A program made the translations under genes and the position numbers. From a virus (lineage: Duplodnaviria > Caudoviricetes), in the IMG/VR virus record IMGVR_UViG_3300025723_000013: a stretch of DNA of 64,000 nt. The stretch is one strand, 5' to 3'. Position 1 is the stretch's first letter, and each line of letters begins with the position of its first letter. Below, one piece after another: positions 63,503-64,000 of this stretch. Below the pieces are notes generated by a model. It did no database searches. It saw only the letters and a program-made list of their open reading frames with translations, and was not told the DNA's origin.

Positions 63503-64000
63503 TTAATCTCCTAGCCAAACGGGTCTAACCAGATAGCTTGATTCTGCCGCAGACGGACCCGATGCATCTAGATAACTTGTGTCTGTTACTAGATTTGAAG
63601 GATCCACCACAAGTATTTTAAAATTTTGATTAGTAAAAGTAGTTCCATCAGTTGCAGTTACCGTAAATTGATATATTTTTGGAATATATTTTTCAATTAT
63701 TTGCACATACTGACCGTTAAATAATATGCCGTGATCATAGGGATAACCGTCATATGATTCTTCGTCATAACCTCCATTAGATGATATCAGTAGATCAACT
63801 CCTAAATTATCATCCACAGTGCCACTAAGCAATCCAGTGGATGATAAAGTTAATTTTGGAGGCAATTGTCCACTACCGTCGGCTAGATAATACCTAATAC
63901 TATTGCCAGGCGGTAAAGAATCGTAAAATATTATTTGAGATCCTGTTGATAAATTGGACATCAAAGGCAAACTAATTCCAACTGCATAACCTTGGAATGT
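63503..64000 (-). CDS. Baseplate wedge-like protein, 5'-truncated by the window edge; possibly the N-part of the same ancestral gene as 61789-63501
   Basis: Frame open to 64000; GSGQLPPKLTLSSTGLLSG Ig-type motif, GYDEESYDGYPYD repeat. Confidence 0.65.
   Translation of the reverse strand, partial: TFQGYAVGISLPLMSNLSTGSQIIFYDSLPPGNSIRYYLADGSGQLPPKLTLSSTGLLSGTVDDNLGVDLLISSNGGYDEESYDGYPYDHGILFNGQYVQIIEKYIPKIYQFTVTATDGTTFTNQNFKILVVDPSNLVTDTSYLDASGPSAAESSYLVRPVWLGD

Noticed and set aside
1-64000. Stop-codon reassignment
   Set aside because: Genes are full-length and densely packed under the standard code, and TAA, TGA and TAG all end genes.
1-64000. Apparent abundance of GATC/GGATCC sites as a modification signature
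   Set aside because: Partly explained by Gly-Ser and Asp-Pro codons in repeats; cannot be quantified by eye and needs an observed/expected k-mer count.
1-64000. tRNA or rRNA genes
   Set aside because: Intergenic gaps are short, and none shows a cloverleaf or T-loop GTTCRA context.

Overview
A 64-kb slice of a large, AT-rich, T4-like or jumbo tailed phage genome. Spanins and sigma70 promoters imply a Gram-negative host. Both window edges cut through baseplate-type genes. The left arm (+ strand, 1-10106) holds a baseplate-like giant, four paralogous tail-fibre-like proteins and a small tip protein. The rest is almost entirely on the - strand: thyA with an unannotated internally deleted DHFR minigene, an AAA+/VWA pair, an RNase H-like exonuclease, then a 7-deazaguanine DNA-modification cluster (queE, folE, T-fold protein, TGT-fold DpdA-like enzyme). 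That cluster also contains a glycosyltransferase, a purine PRTase, a HIT hydrolase, an unknown 174-aa protein and two putative nucleases. It is followed by a sliding clamp and family B DNA polymerase, probable internal head proteins with Dps, a dnaJ-def-clpA operon, a lysis cassette, phoH, a clamp loader, a MazG-like enzyme, GroES, a stand-alone DnaE fragment, and a 3717-aa virion protein with a beta-helix, about 7 IPT/TIG domains and two intact GH5 glycoside hydrolase domains. Best novelty candidate: a QueC-less, glycosyltransferase-containing 7-deazaguanine system whose transglycosylase shares a C-terminal N-x-F-S-x-L-F motif with the DNA polymerase, suggesting clamp-tethered modification. 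Two structured RNA leaders also stand out (upstream of the HNH gene and of the polymerase). All assignments come from motif reading by eye; no database searches or folding programs were run.
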